64,000 nucleotides of DNA from Desulfomicrobium sp. (GCA_040768745.1 JAXGMI010000001.1:608001-672000); one strand, 5' to 3'. Counted from the stretch's first letter, positions 37,032-47,780 are shown. The notes: a model not told the origin generated them from the sequence alone. Program-made: numbers and translations.

Positions 37032-37250
37032 TCATCTGCGCCTTGCTTCCCAAGCTGGACAACGTGAAGTCAGCAATGCCAGAACCACGTAGCCCACGGC
37101 CACCAGGGCCAGGACGGCCAGAACCAGCTTCATGATCAGCCGTGGCCGCTTCCAGAGGGCAAGGGCTACTGCCGCCGCCATGGCCGCGCCGAACAGCGGA
37201 TGCCCCAGCACCCAGCCCCAGACTGCCGTCACGACCCCGTGCATATCCAC
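37032..37250 (-). CDS. Small membrane protein (possibly frameshifted near the C-terminus)
   Basis: Two hydrophobic segments; starts immediately after yajQ. Confidence 0.55.
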   Translation of the reverse strand: MDMHGVVTAVWGWVLGHPLFGAAMAAAVALALWKRPRLIMKLVLAVLALVAVGYVVLALLTSRCPAWEARRR

Positions 37251-37251
37251 C

Positions 37252-37743
37252 CTACTTTTTCATGTTGACGAACTGCAAAGGCAATTCGAAATCCGTTTCG
37301 CGCAGCAGGGCGATGGTCGCCTGCAGATCGTCGATCTGCTTGCCCGTGACCCGCACCTGTTCATCCTGAATGGCCGCCTGCACTTTCACCTTGCTGTCCT
37401 TGATGATCTTGACCAGTTTTCTGGCCGAATCCTTGTCGATCCCGTCGTGAAGTTTGATTTCCTGCTTCAGTTGACCTCGACTTGTCTTTTCCGGCTCTCC
37501 GAATTCCATGGATTTGGGGTCTATCTTGCGGCGGACAAAATGGGAAATGAGCATATCCCGAACGGCCCTGATCTTCATGTCATCTCCGGTGAGAAGAGAA
37601 ATGGTCTTGGTCTTGCGGTTGAAGTCGATTTCCGTGTGCACCCCCCGGAAATCATACCGGGTTTCCGTTTCCTTGCGGACATTGTTCACCGCGTTGTCCA
37701 CTTCCTGCAAATCAAGTTCGCTGACAATATCAAATGATGGCAT
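37252..37743 (-). CDS. yajQ: YajQ-family nucleotide/c-di-GMP-binding protein
   Basis: MPSFDIVSE...EVDNAV...RYDF...QVRVTGK motifs. Confidence 0.95.
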   Translation of the reverse strand: MPSFDIVSELDLQEVDNAVNNVRKETETRYDFRGVHTEIDFNRKTKTISLLTGDDMKIRAVRDMLISHFVRRKIDPKSMEFGEPEKTSRGQLKQEIKLHDGIDKDSARKLVKIIKDSKVKVQAAIQDEQVRVTGKQIDDLQATIALLRETDFELPLQFVNMKK

Positions 37744-38038
37744 CGTGCCCTCCTCGTATGTGATTCTGCTCCGTCAACGTAGCCGGAAGCTGCCTTGAAA
37801 AACCTCTCGGAGTCAAGTTCACAGGACCTCAACTGCGGCCTTGTCTTTCCTGTGCCAATACGACCGTCTCCCTCATAATCTATGTACAGCATGTGATCGA
37901 CTTCCTGATCCTCACAAGCAGTCAACAATAAATTTCCAACAAACTATTTGACATTCTCAGGCCATATACTAATGTTTTTTGTACATTAATCGATGAACTA
38001 CAGTTCTATCATCGAGAATATATATTCATGGAGAAAAT

Positions 38039-38437
38039 ATGGAAGTCTATCTCAAGCAGGCAATTGAAATTGTTAAGGCTCAGGCCGCAGTCCGGACCAT
38101 GAATGAGGAGGAGATCACTTCCCTCATCCGCTCCCTGGCCGAAAGCATCAAATCCGTGGCAGAGGGCGTGACCCCTGTCAGCGAATCAGAACCCGCGGTG
38201 GATCCGAAGAACGCCATCCGTGAGAAAAGCGTCATCTGCTGCGAGTGCGGAAAATCGTTCAAGGTGCTGACCAAGCGCCATCTTGCCAGTCATGGCCTCA
38301 CGCCAGAGGAATACAAGGAAAAGTTCGGCTACAAGAAAGGAACGTCCCTGGTGGCCAAATCCTTGGCCAGGGATCGCCGCAAGACCATGCAAGGCATGAA
38401 ACTTTGGGAAAAGCGCAAAAAAGCTGTTAAGGAATGA
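38039..38437 (+). CDS. MucR/Ros-family zinc-finger regulator
   Basis: ICCECGKSFKVLTKRHLASHGLTPEEY motif. Confidence 0.9.
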   Translation: MEVYLKQAIEIVKAQAAVRTMNEEEITSLIRSLAESIKSVAEGVTPVSESEPAVDPKNAIREKSVICCECGKSFKVLTKRHLASHGLTPEEYKEKFGYKKGTSLVAKSLARDRRKTMQGMKLWEKRKKAVKE

Positions 38438-38444
38438 TCCCCGC

Positions 38445-38471
38445 AAGCCCTCTCTCCTGAGGGCTTTTTTT
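38445..38471 (+). terminator. Intrinsic terminator
   Basis: AAGCCCTC-TCTCCT-GAGGGCTTTTTTT. Confidence 0.75.
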
Positions 38472-38889
38472 ACGGCCTCCCTCCAGGGTCGCAGGCGCAC
38501 CGCCGCTCCAGCAACCTCTCGTAGAGCATGTCGATCCGTTCCAGCAATTCATCCACGGCACAGGGTTTGAGCAAAAAATCGTTGGCCCCCGCGCGCATGG
38601 CGTTCATGGCGATGTCCGTATGGGCGTGGCCGGAAAGAATGATCACCCCGAAATCCTCTCCTTTCAACTCCCGCATCTTGCGCAAAACATCCAACCCATC
38701 CAGGTCGGACATCTTGATGTCCAGCACCACGATGTCCACGGGGTTCTTGGTAAACCAGTCCAAGCCGGCCATGCCGGAGTTGGCAGTGGCCACGTTCAGT
38801 TTCTTGCGGTGGAGGAATTTGACCAGAGTGGACAGAAACTCCTCTTCGTCGTCAACAAACAAAATCTGGCAGGACTGCAGTGTATTCAT
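38470..38889 (-). CDS. Single-domain response regulator
   Basis: ILFVDDE, VLDIKM and FLLKP motifs. Confidence 0.9.
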   Translation of the reverse strand: MNTLQSCQILFVDDEEEFLSTLVKFLHRKKLNVATANSGMAGLDWFTKNPVDIVVLDIKMSDLDGLDVLRKMRELKGEDFGVIILSGHAHTDIAMNAMRAGANDFLLKPCAVDELLERIDMLYERLLERRCACDPGGRP

Positions 38890-38904
38890 GGCAACCTCTC
38901 TGGA

Positions 38905-39705
38905 CTAGATTTGCCCGGGACAGGCAATATCACCGAGACGAACGGGCGCGTCCACAGAGGTTTGTAGCGTGATCTCGCCTCGGCCACAAGCGATGACCTT
39001 CCCCTGCCCGAGATTTCCCCGACGTGGATGTGTAAAAAGATACACAGCCCCCACCCGGGCCTCGACCCCCTCCGTCACCTCTATTCCTGCCTCCAGGAAG
39101 CCGTCTACAATCTTGAGCCGGAATATCTCTCCGCATCCGATTTCAGCCAGAATGGAGCTCCACTGCCTGCCCAGCAAAAAATTTGCCCCAGCTGCCAGGA
39201 TGCCGAGTATCCCCATGCCTATCGCGACCAGATAGGCATTGATCCCGCTCCATCGGTAGACAACTGAGGGGGAATTGGCCTGCCGGTCCGCTGCGCTGGT
39301 GAAAACGTGCACCCCGAAAACCAGGGCCGGATTCTGTTTTTCTCCGTGCTTGTCGCGCACCCTGAGCAGATACGTGCCAGGCCGGGGCTGCGTGCCGACC
39401 TCGATATGCCCGCGCCACATGCCCCCGCCAAACCAGTATCCGGTAAAGATCGACTCGGGCACGAGTCGGACTGAACCATCATCAACGTCTCCTTCGATGA
39501 CAAAATCCTCGATGAGTTCAGTTTTGGGCGGCATGGGCCCGCTGAGGGGATATCGTTCACCTGGGATCAGCCGGATTGTACCTGAAGTGCCGAAGATTCC
39601 TGTCCGCAATCCGTCAAACAGGGTGAGCAGGGCCAACGTCAGAAAAATCATGGAGGCAAGCCCGCTCACGCGCTGCAACCGCCAGACACGCTCGGCCCGG
39701 ATCAT
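38905..39705 (-). CDS. Membrane-anchored hypothetical protein of the TSUP operon
   Basis: Two TMs flanking a periplasmic domain (GYWFGGGMWRG); coupled to the upstream gene. Confidence 0.75.
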   Translation of the reverse strand: MIRAERVWRLQRVSGLASMIFLTLALLTLFDGLRTGIFGTSGTIRLIPGERYPLSGPMPPKTELIEDFVIEGDVDDGSVRLVPESIFTGYWFGGGMWRGHIEVGTQPRPGTYLLRVRDKHGEKQNPALVFGVHVFTSAADRQANSPSVVYRWSGINAYLVAIGMGILGILAAGANFLLGRQWSSILAEIGCGEIFRLKIVDGFLEAGIEVTEGVEARVGAVYLFTHPRRGNLGQGKVIACGRGEITLQTSVDAPVRLGDIACPGQI

Positions 39706-39983
39706 GCCGGATCAGCGCCCACGGTCTGCACACAGCGGGACAGCCAGCGCTTACCCATAAAACCCAGACCCATGATAGCAAGGAGAAGACCGCCAAAGAC
39801 CTTCAGAAAAACCAAGGTGAATTCTTCAGGATTCTGGGCGGCAAAATACATGGAAACGGTCACCGCCCCGAGGACCAGGGCGTTAATGGAAAGAACCAGC
39901 ATCTTATGCAGAAGGAAGAATTTGTATTCGCTCACAATCAGCTCCTCGTGAGGAGGACGGGATGGCCTGGAGGGTGTGGCCAT
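39702..39983 (-). CDS. Small membrane protein of the TSUP operon
   Basis: Two TM segments; operon position. Confidence 0.7.
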   Translation of the reverse strand: MATPSRPSRPPHEELIVSEYKFFLLHKMLVLSINALVLGAVTVSMYFAAQNPEEFTLVFLKVFGGLLLAIMGLGFMGKRWLSRCVQTVGADPA

Positions 39984-39997
39984 CCCGCCCTCGGGAA

Positions 39998-40609
39998 TCA
40001 TTTCTTGAAGATGTCAGTCTTGGTGATGTTCATGAAACGAATGGCCTTCCCCTTCTCTTTCCAATAAATGCGCACTTCATCACCTGCGTCCCAGGTATCC
40101 TCTGGGAAACCGAAGTACTCATCTGGCACGCTGAACGTGGCGAGCATTTTCTGGCGGCCGGAATAGATGGTGATGGCCTTTTTGTCCTTGTCGATGGCGG
40201 GATACTTCTTGGCCGCGTTCTTCTCCTTGTCGAAGACCAGGGGATGGTCCTTGGCGATGTCCTTCTGCACGTCGACAATGGTAATGGGCAGGTCCTCAAT
40301 GGCCTGGGTATTGGTGTTGAAGATCTTGATGTACTTCTTGTCGATGTCCAGCTTCAAACGCAACCCGGCCTTGGGGTCAGCGCCACGTTCCATGGGGTCC
40401 GTGGGCATGGTATAGGTATGGGGCGGCAGGATCGCGTAGTCAGGATTCTGGGAATCCATGTTTTTGTCTTCGATAACGGTCACTGTGTGTTTGTCCTTGT
40501 CAAAGGCAATGACCCGGCCCTGGTCAACCTTGCCGTATTCCCCGCAACCCAGCACTCCGAAGGTCAGCATGGCGATGGAGAGCAGGAAGAATGTGCGTGT
40601 AATATTCAT
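39998..40609 (-). CDS. Lipoprotein (DUF4881-like)
   Basis: Lipobox VLGC then GEYGKVDQGRVI; ends FMNITKTDIFKK. Confidence 0.75.
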   Translation of the reverse strand: MNITRTFFLLSIAMLTFGVLGCGEYGKVDQGRVIAFDKDKHTVTVIEDKNMDSQNPDYAILPPHTYTMPTDPMERGADPKAGLRLKLDIDKKYIKIFNTNTQAIEDLPITIVDVQKDIAKDHPLVFDKEKNAAKKYPAIDKDKKAITIYSGRQKMLATFSVPDEYFGFPEDTWDAGDEVRIYWKEKGKAIRFMNITKTDIFKK

Positions 40610-40638
40610 GAGTGTTCTCCTTTGCGTTGAGCGCTGTG

Positions 40639-41691
40639 CTAGCGGTTCTTCTTCATTGCAATTTCCCTCTTCGCGCCCTGGACCATCTTCACGAAGATGT
40701 ACACGGACATGCTCAACACCAGCCCGAGGACCAAGGTTGTCGAGGCGGCGTCCAGGATGGACTTGTAGGCGGGAAGCCAGGGCTGAACCAGCTTGAGGAG
40801 AATGGAGATCGCACAGCCGACGACAGCCAGACCAAAGGCGACGCGGATGCCGTAACCCTTGATGTACTTGGTGGCCACGGCCCCGACCTGGGCGCCCATT
40901 GCTGCGCCGATCAACATGATCAGGGCGGCGACGAGCTCGGTGCGGCCTTTCCAGGTGTAGGTTGCGGCGCCGTACAGACCGGAGATGGCGACTTCAAAGA
41001 GGTCGGTTCCGACAGCAACGTGGGTCGGACAGCCAATGAGGTAGATCAGGGCGGGCATGCGGATGAGGCCGCCGCCGATGCCGAGGATGCCGGCCAGCCA
41101 GCCAGTGAAGAAACTGACGGCAATGGGCAGCCAGGCCGAGCAGTAGATGCCCGCCTCCTTCAGATGGACCATGGGCGGGATCTTGATCTTGTGCAGCTTG
41201 GAGGCGAAGTCGATGCCCTGGACGCTGTCATCAAGGACTTCACCCTTGGCGGCAGCGGCCCGTTCCATCTTCTTGCGCTTGCCCACGTCGTGGAAGACCA
41301 TCCAGGCGATGCCGGCCAGCAGGGCAATGTAGATCCAGCGCACGACCTTCTCGACGTTGCCGATGCGTTCGAGCCACATGACCATCTGGGCGCCGACCTC
41401 GAACCCGACGACGGTGCCGACAAGCATGATGAGGCCAAGCTTATAGTCCACGTTGCCGAACTTGCCGTGCCGCATGGTCGAAATGAGGGATTTGCCGGCC
41501 ATGTGCGCGATGTCCGTGCCGATGGCGAAGGCCATGGGGAAACCCAGGATGTTCAGACCTGGGGTGACCATCCATGCGCCGCCCATGCCGAAGAAGCCGC
41601 CGATGATGCCCACGCCGATACCGAGGATGATCAGGCCGGGCCAGAAAATTTTTACGCCTGCGATGGGCATGAGAACATAGAGCCATTCCAT
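40639..41691 (-). CDS. Sulfite exporter TauE/SafE (TSUP) family protein
   Basis: GGFFGMGGAWMVTP and GILGIGGGLIRMPAL...AVGTDL repeats. Confidence 0.9.
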   Translation of the reverse strand: MEWLYVLMPIAGVKIFWPGLIILGIGVGIIGGFFGMGGAWMVTPGLNILGFPMAFAIGTDIAHMAGKSLISTMRHGKFGNVDYKLGLIMLVGTVVGFEVGAQMVMWLERIGNVEKVVRWIYIALLAGIAWMVFHDVGKRKKMERAAAAKGEVLDDSVQGIDFASKLHKIKIPPMVHLKEAGIYCSAWLPIAVSFFTGWLAGILGIGGGLIRMPALIYLIGCPTHVAVGTDLFEVAISGLYGAATYTWKGRTELVAALIMLIGAAMGAQVGAVATKYIKGYGIRVAFGLAVVGCAISILLKLVQPWLPAYKSILDAASTTLVLGLVLSMSVYIFVKMVQGAKREIAMKKNR

Positions 41692-41717
41692 ATGCTTATC
41701 TCCTTACATCGTGTGGT

Positions 41718-42017
41718 TTAGTGTCCGGGCAGGCTTTTGGACTTCAGGTCGATGCCGATATGCGACATGATGATGTCCGCCAGCACGCCGAAGATCACGC
41801 CCGTGACGGGGATGATGATGATCGTCAGGATCATGAACTGAAAATGGCTCTCGTTGTAAAGATTGGCCCACCAGGCCATCACGCCGCTCAGCTTGCGCGT
41901 GTCGGCCACCAGGACGATGGGTGCGGCCCCACCGCCTCCCGCGGCAAAGGCAAAACCAGGACTGAGAATGATCATTGCCATCAATGACCACCACAATTTG
42001 CTCAACTTGGTACGCAT
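41718..42017 (-). CDS. DVU0150-family membrane protein
   Basis: Signal peptide, then AAGGGGAAPIVLVADTRKLSG...WWANLYNES; GGAGG RBS. Confidence 0.8.
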   Translation of the reverse strand: MRTKLSKLWWSLMAMIILSPGFAFAAGGGGAAPIVLVADTRKLSGVMAWWANLYNESHFQFMILTIIIIPVTGVIFGVLADIIMSHIGIDLKSKSLPGH

Positions 42018-42152
42018 CTGGACCTCCAATTTTAGTTGCTTCCCCGATGTCCGGCATTCTCACCTGCACCCTCCGGACTGCCCCAACCCTCTAGCCACAT
42101 CAAAACTTTCACGGCCTTTGCTGCAAATGCACTGCATGGTCTCGCAAGTGAA

Positions 42153-42168
42153 AGCAAACTCCGGGCCA
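42153..42168 (-). promoter_or_regulatory. Sigma-54 (-24/-12) promoter of the DVU0150/TSUP operon
   Basis: Minus strand TGGCCCGGAGTTTGCT (GG-N10-GC), divergent from a sigma-54 activator gene. Confidence 0.75.
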
Positions 42169-42304
42169 CAACTATCATGCAAAAATATTCATTAATTATT
42201 TCAGAAAAATAAAAATTTGTATTGCATAAAAGAATTTCAAAGACTAGATATTGCGCAACGTGATTTTCGTCTTATCGGGATTCCACTCCACAGGGGGGGG
42301 AGGC

Positions 42305-44866
42305 ATGCGCTATTACTATCCGACAGATTTGGCCCCGGTGTTGGACCTTGAACGCTCTGTCAGAGAATGGAGCATCTCTCGCATCCTGTTTTTGCTTGGC
42401 GCGCCCCTCGTGGGGATTGTGCTTCTCGGCATGACCTTCTCGACCTACCGCATTGTTTCGCATTATCTGAACAGGGCCTATGCCCGAAATGCCCAGACCC
42501 GTGCGTTGGCTCAGGCACACGAGATAAAGCAGTGTCTTCTTGAGGCCCGCAATGAAATCCAGTTCCTGGCCCGATCGAATCCGACTCCCGATTCAATTCG
42601 CAACTACATGGCGCTCAAGCCTCAAACGCAACGGGACCGCTATCGTGAAATCGCTTTTCATGGCCCCAAACCCGACGATAATTTCGTGCTCCTCAATACG
42701 GGGGATTCAATCTGGCAATTGCCCGCGGAGCAGGCAAACGCCATCAAATTCGGAGTATTTTCTCATCAGAACGGACCTGCCGAAATGAACAGCGATTATG
42801 TCCAGGTCACTCAACCTGTACAGACGTATTATTCCTCCGTGCCGTATCGCGGTTCGACCCAGAACATGGAGTTTTCAGTCATCAGGTTTACCACACAGAC
42901 ATTCGACACCGAAGGAAAGGCCAACGGGGTCCTGACCATTTCCCTTGATTTGCTCGTAGTCCATCGCATCATGTCCCTGTTTTCTTCGTCACAATCCCCG
43001 TTATTCATTTTTCCCCAAGATCGGGAGCGGACCATCAGCTTTTTCTTCGATTCCTCGGGGTGGCTCCTGTTCGCATCAGGATTCAGCGACAATCAGAAGA
43101 AGGGGCTGTCCGTTGACACCTTGCGGAGCGGGCTGCAGGGCGACATTGGCAGGCCTGGATTTGATTCAGCATTCAGGCCCAGCCCGCTGCATGAAAAATA
43201 TTGGACCATGGTTGCCTCGGTACAATCTGGAAATTCAGGACAACTGGCCCTGGGTCCCCTGTTCAACAACCCCTCCAACTCAGGAAGCGACCTTTTTCTG
43301 AACTACGCCCCCATTGAATTCCCTGAGACGCTCCTCTCCAGCCCAACCATTGTAGGCGGCATAGGATGCATGGACACGAGCTTCATGTTCATGTCCGCAA
43401 CATACGAAGTGATCATGGCGTTGTCCGTGGCCTTGTTCACTGCCATCGTGCTGACCTTGGGAACGTTCTATTTTCTCCATCGACGCATCAGCCGGCCCGT
43501 TACCACCTTGGCGTCGGCCGTGGAAAAGAGGACCCTGGGCGGCGATGCCTCACATTTGGAAATCAGTCCTCTTCCGAAAGAGCTCCACCACCTCCAACAC
43601 ACCATCAACACGCTGCTGCTCCAGCTGCAAACGGCCCGCAACGAAGCAAGCATCCGCCAGGAGATGATCCTGGGTGAATTGCACCGGCAACCCGTGTACC
43701 TGGACAAGCTGATCAAGGCCAATCAATCCTCAGTTCAGGGTCAGAGCCACGATCCAGAGTGCGGCATCGTAGGGCAAAGCCAAGCGGTACTGAACTTGAG
43801 GGCCATGATCCAGAAGGCGGCCCAAGTCATGGCAGACGTGCTCATCATTGGTGAGACAGGAACAGGCAAAGAGCTTGCCGCGGAGGCCATCCACCGCAGC
43901 AGCCCCAGGGCTGGCGGCCCATTCATCTCCATCAATTGCGGGGCGCTGGATGAGAATCTCCTGCTTGATGCCCTGTTCGGACATGTGAAAGGGGCATTTT
44001 CCGAAGCCAAGACCGACCGGAAGGGGGCTTTTCTGGCCGCATCCTCCGGCACACTGCACCTGGACGAAATCGGCAATGCCTCACCAAAGGTCCAGCAAGC
44101 CCTGCTCAGAGCCTTGTCCGTCCGCCATATCCGTCCCCTGGGCAGCGACCAGGACGTACCCTTCGATGCGCGGGTCATTGCCGCAACCAATGTCGACCTG
44201 TTGGAATGCGTTAAAAACGGCACATTCCGGGAAGATCTCTATTACCGGTTGGCAGTCATCACCATCAGCACCCCACCCCTGCGGCAGCGCAAGGAAGATC
44301 TTCCTCTCCTCGTCCACTACTTCCTGACAGAAACCACTCAAAGTCAGAACAAGCCTGCCATAGACCTGAGTCGTGGGGCTCTGGACAAACTTTTGCGTTA
44401 CGATTGGCCCGGCAATATCCGGGAATTGAAGAACAGCATGACGCGTGCTGTGACGTTTGCTGAGGGAGGCATCCTGCTTGCCAGTCATATCATTCTGGGA
44501 AATACCACCAATAGTACCGCATCAGACACTCCCCCTGCCTACCCTGCGCCCGGCATGCCCCCCGCACGGACACTTCCCGGAGAGTTCCCGCCCAAAGAGC
44601 ATATTGCTGACCAAAATTCATCCCGCAGTCCGCTCGTCGCCCAAATAGAGATTACGGACCAGCTCAATCCTCGACAAAAAAAGGCTTGGCCTATACTCCT
44701 TGCATCGGGTGGCACGAACCGTGCTGAGTATCAAAACGCAGTCGGCGAAAAAATTTCTGTGCGAACCGCGCAATATGACCTGCAAGATATGGTGAACAAA
44801 GGCTTATTGGTCAAATCGGGCAAGGGTCCGGCCTCTCGCTATATCCTTGCCGATGGGGTTCTGTAA
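42305..44866 (+). CDS. Membrane-bound sigma-54-dependent transcriptional activator
   Basis: TM-periplasmic-TM-HAMP, then GETGTGKE, GAFSEA (GAFTGA variant) and a C-terminal HTH. Confidence 0.88.
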   Translation: MRYYYPTDLAPVLDLERSVREWSISRILFLLGAPLVGIVLLGMTFSTYRIVSHYLNRAYARNAQTRALAQAHEIKQCLLEARNEIQFLARSNPTPDSIRNYMALKPQTQRDRYREIAFHGPKPDDNFVLLNTGDSIWQLPAEQANAIKFGVFSHQNGPAEMNSDYVQVTQPVQTYYSSVPYRGSTQNMEFSVIRFTTQTFDTEGKANGVLTISLDLLVVHRIMSLFSSSQSPLFIFPQDRERTISFFFDSSGWLLFASGFSDNQKKGLSVDTLRSGLQGDIGRPGFDSAFRPSPLHEKYWTMVASVQSGNSGQLALGPLFNNPSNSGSDLFLNYAPIEFPETLLSSPTIVGGIGCMDTSFMFMSATYEVIMALSVALFTAIVLTLGTFYFLHRRISRPVTTLASAVEKRTLGGDASHLEISPLPKELHHLQHTINTLLLQLQTARNEASIRQEMILGELHRQPVYLDKLIKANQSSVQGQSHDPECGIVGQSQAVLNLRAMIQKAAQVMADVLIIGETGTGKELAAEAIHRSSPRAGGPFISINCGALDENLLLDALFGHVKGAFSEAKTDRKGAFLAASSGTLHLDEIGNASPKVQQALLRALSVRHIRPLGSDQDVPFDARVIAATNVDLLECVKNGTFREDLYYRLAVITISTPPLRQRKEDLPLLVHYFLTETTQSQNKPAIDLSRGALDKLLRYDWPGNIRELKNSMTRAVTFAEGGILLASHIILGNTTNSTASDTPPAYPAPGMPPARTLPGEFPPKEHIADQNSSRSPLVAQIEITDQLNPRQKKAWPILLASGGTNRAEYQNAVGEKISVRTAQYDLQDMVNKGLLVKSGKGPASRYILADGVL

Positions 44867-44887
44867 CTTTAATTGCGAGACCATGCC

Positions 44888-47446
44888 ATGAAATTGCGCA
44901 ACTGGCTGGAAGCCATTTTACCCAAAAAGCAACCTGGAACGGATCACGAGACGGTCTTGAGGTCTTTCCGGCTGCAGTACACTCACTTCAAGGACCTGCT
45001 GCTCTCCAATGCCGAATTGGGGAACCTCATGGCCGATATCGACGAGAAAATGCGTGGCACTGTCCTCTTCGGCATGAACGAAATCAGGGCATTAGCAACA
45101 CGCAGTGTCTTCCACACCATGCGCATGGTCACGGCTCTGAATGCCATTTCAGGCAACCGCTACGCCGTACTCCAGGAAATGGTAGAACTTATCAATGCCC
45201 GGATTTCCTCTATTCTTGACAGCAAACCCCTGCCAGCCGCAGATGTGCTGACCTACCCCCTCAGCTCAGTAAACCGTGACTTTGTCGACCTTGTGGGAGG
45301 GAAATGCGCAAATCTCGGTGAAATGCGCAATCATGCAAAAGTTCCCACTCCTGGGGGATTTGGAATCACAACCGCAGCCTACAATGTTTTTCTCCAATCC
45401 GAGGGATTGCGCGAAGAAATTCTGAAACTGTTGCGGGAGGCCAATCCTGACGCCCCGGCATCCATCGTGGAAGTCTCTGAGGCCATTTTCAGGACCATGG
45501 CTGGGGTCAAAGTTCCTGATCAGGTCATGACGGCCATCAATGCAGCCTGGGACGAGGTCTTTGAAAATCCGGCTCAAACCCGGACCGCGTTGCGCTCCAG
45601 TGCCATCAGTGAAGACGGTATCCTCTCCTTTTCAGGGCAATATCGAACAATACTCGGTGTCACCCGCTCCTCCCTCGAAGACGCTTTCCGGGAGGTTCTG
45701 GCCAGTCTGTTTTCGCCGCGCGCCATCACCTATCGCATCCACCATGGTGTCCCGTTCGAACAGTGCGCCATGGGCATGGCCTGCATCGAAATGGTGGACG
45801 CCCTGTGCAGCGGCATCATTTTCTCCCGCCACCCGGTCAACCCATTGTCCGATGAAATGGTCCTCAACGCTGTCTGGGGGTTGGGGGCCTACGCGGTGGA
45901 TGGAATTATTGAACCCGACACTTGGCACATCAAGCCTGGCATCACCCCTCAGATCATGCAGCAGTATGTTGCCGACAAACGTGTCCAGCTCATTTCCGAT
46001 GCGTCGGGAAAACATGAGCAAGCGGTCCCAGAGGAATTGCGCAAAACACCATGTTTGAACACCGAACAGGTCATGGCACTGGCAGCCATTGCCGCCAAAC
46101 TCGAAGCTCACTACCGTCATCCCCAGGACGTGGAATGGGCCATGAACAAGAAAGGAGAGATCCTGGTTCTGCAAAGCAGGCCCATGCGCCTGGCCAGCGC
46201 CCAGCACAATGGACTGTCCAACGACTCCATCCCTGGAGCCCAGTTGTTGGTCGAGCATGCAGACATTGCCTGCGCCGGAATCGGATCGGGTGCGGCCATC
46301 ATGGCGGACTCCATGCAGGACTTGTCCGATTTCCCCACGGATGGGATTTTGGTCGCCAAGCATTCCCTTCCCAATTACGTCCTGGTCATGAACCGGGCCC
46401 AGGCCATTGTCACCGAAGCCGGGAGCATCACCGGTCACATGGCCTCCCTGGCACGTGAATTCAACGTGCCAACCATCCTGAATGCCAAAGGGGCCACCAA
46501 AATCATTCAAGACGGCCAACTCATCACCGTGGATGCCATCACCGGACGCATCTACAGTGGAAGCGTTCCGGAACTCATCGCCCTCAAGTCCGAACGCAGG
46601 TTAAAAATAGCCGACACCCCTGTGCACGCCACGTTGCGACAGGTTGCGGACCAGATCACCCCTCTGCACCTCCTGGATCCAAAATCTCCACTGTTCAAGC
46701 CAGAGTCCTGCACCACCCTGCATGACGTCATGCGTTTCGTCCACGAACGTTGCTATACCGAGATGTTTCGCATCAGCGACCGGGCTTCGGATGCAGGCTC
46801 CGTGTCCTGCCAGCTCAAGGCCAAATTGCCTATCGACCTGCGCATCATCGATCTTGGTGGAGGCCTCAAGGACGTGGATGGGCCATACGTCTATATGGAA
46901 CAGATTGAATCGGTGCCGCTGTCCGCCCTCCTGTCTGGAATGCTCAGTCCCGAGGTGCACGTGCGTGGACCCAGGCCCGTCGATGTCAGCGGATTTCTCT
47001 CGGTCATGAGCCAACACATGCTCGAACCGCCCAACACCCAGGTTGAACGGTTCGGCGAGAGGAGCTACGCCATTGCCTCCGACAAATATCTGAACTTCAG
47101 TTCGCGTGTGGGGTACCACTACAGCGTCATCGACGCGTATTGCGGGCAAACCATATCCAAGAATTATATCACGTTCCAATTCAAGGGTGGAGCGGCCGAC
47201 GAGATTCGCCGGGTGCGGCGGGTGCGTTGTATTGCCGAAATCCTGAGCAGACTTGATTTTGTGACTGAAGTGCGGGGCGACATGACCCAGGCCAAGTTTC
47301 AGAAGTACTCATCCGAAGAGACGAGAGAACGCCTGGATCAGCTGGGTAGACTCCTGATCGTCACCCGACAGATGGACATGCTCATGACGAGTGAAAACGC
47401 AGTCAAGATCATGGCCGATAACTTCATGGCCGGAAAATATCACTAG
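44888..47446 (+). CDS. PEP-synthase-like protein (ATP-grasp + phospho-His swivel domain)
   Basis: VGGKCANLGEM, RSSAISED, PQDVEWA, LQSRP and SITGHMASLAREF motifs. Confidence 0.85.
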   Translation: MKLRNWLEAILPKKQPGTDHETVLRSFRLQYTHFKDLLLSNAELGNLMADIDEKMRGTVLFGMNEIRALATRSVFHTMRMVTALNAISGNRYAVLQEMVELINARISSILDSKPLPAADVLTYPLSSVNRDFVDLVGGKCANLGEMRNHAKVPTPGGFGITTAAYNVFLQSEGLREEILKLLREANPDAPASIVEVSEAIFRTMAGVKVPDQVMTAINAAWDEVFENPAQTRTALRSSAISEDGILSFSGQYRTILGVTRSSLEDAFREVLASLFSPRAITYRIHHGVPFEQCAMGMACIEMVDALCSGIIFSRHPVNPLSDEMVLNAVWGLGAYAVDGIIEPDTWHIKPGITPQIMQQYVADKRVQLISDASGKHEQAVPEELRKTPCLNTEQVMALAAIAAKLEAHYRHPQDVEWAMNKKGEILVLQSRPMRLASAQHNGLSNDSIPGAQLLVEHADIACAGIGSGAAIMADSMQDLSDFPTDGILVAKHSLPNYVLVMNRAQAIVTEAGSITGHMASLAREFNVPTILNAKGATKIIQDGQLITVDAITGRIYSGSVPELIALKSERRLKIADTPVHATLRQVADQITPLHLLDPKSPLFKPESCTTLHDVMRFVHERCYTEMFRISDRASDAGSVSCQLKAKLPIDLRIIDLGGGLKDVDGPYVYMEQIESVPLSALLSGMLSPEVHVRGPRPVDVSGFLSVMSQHMLEPPNTQVERFGERSYAIASDKYLNFSSRVGYHYSVIDAYCGQTISKNYITFQFKGGAADEIRRVRRVRCIAEILSRLDFVTEVRGDMTQAKFQKYSSEETRERLDQLGRLLIVTRQMDMLMTSENAVKIMADNFMAGKYH

Positions 47447-47780
47447 ATCTTGCCATTATCCTCCCCTGCTCCCGATTTCCCTGGCGCGCAACTCAAGTCC
47501 TGGCGCGGGAACAAATCCATGAGGGGTGCAAAACTCCTTCGTTTTAGGCATTTTTCCCAATTTCAAGGAATTATTCTCAGATCTGCCGAACAAAATAACC
47601 AGGGAAAAAGGAAGAATTCCTATCGACATGAAATACGCTCATTCATAGATAATCTATCGAAATTTTTCCTGGCAGAAGGAAAGGTGCTTTGAAAATCATC
47701 ACCAGGCCGCCGTCCATGGCCACCCTGGTTCAGCCCAACTGCTGCCGGAGAGCGCACAATCTCATTTTACGGAGTTCCAC

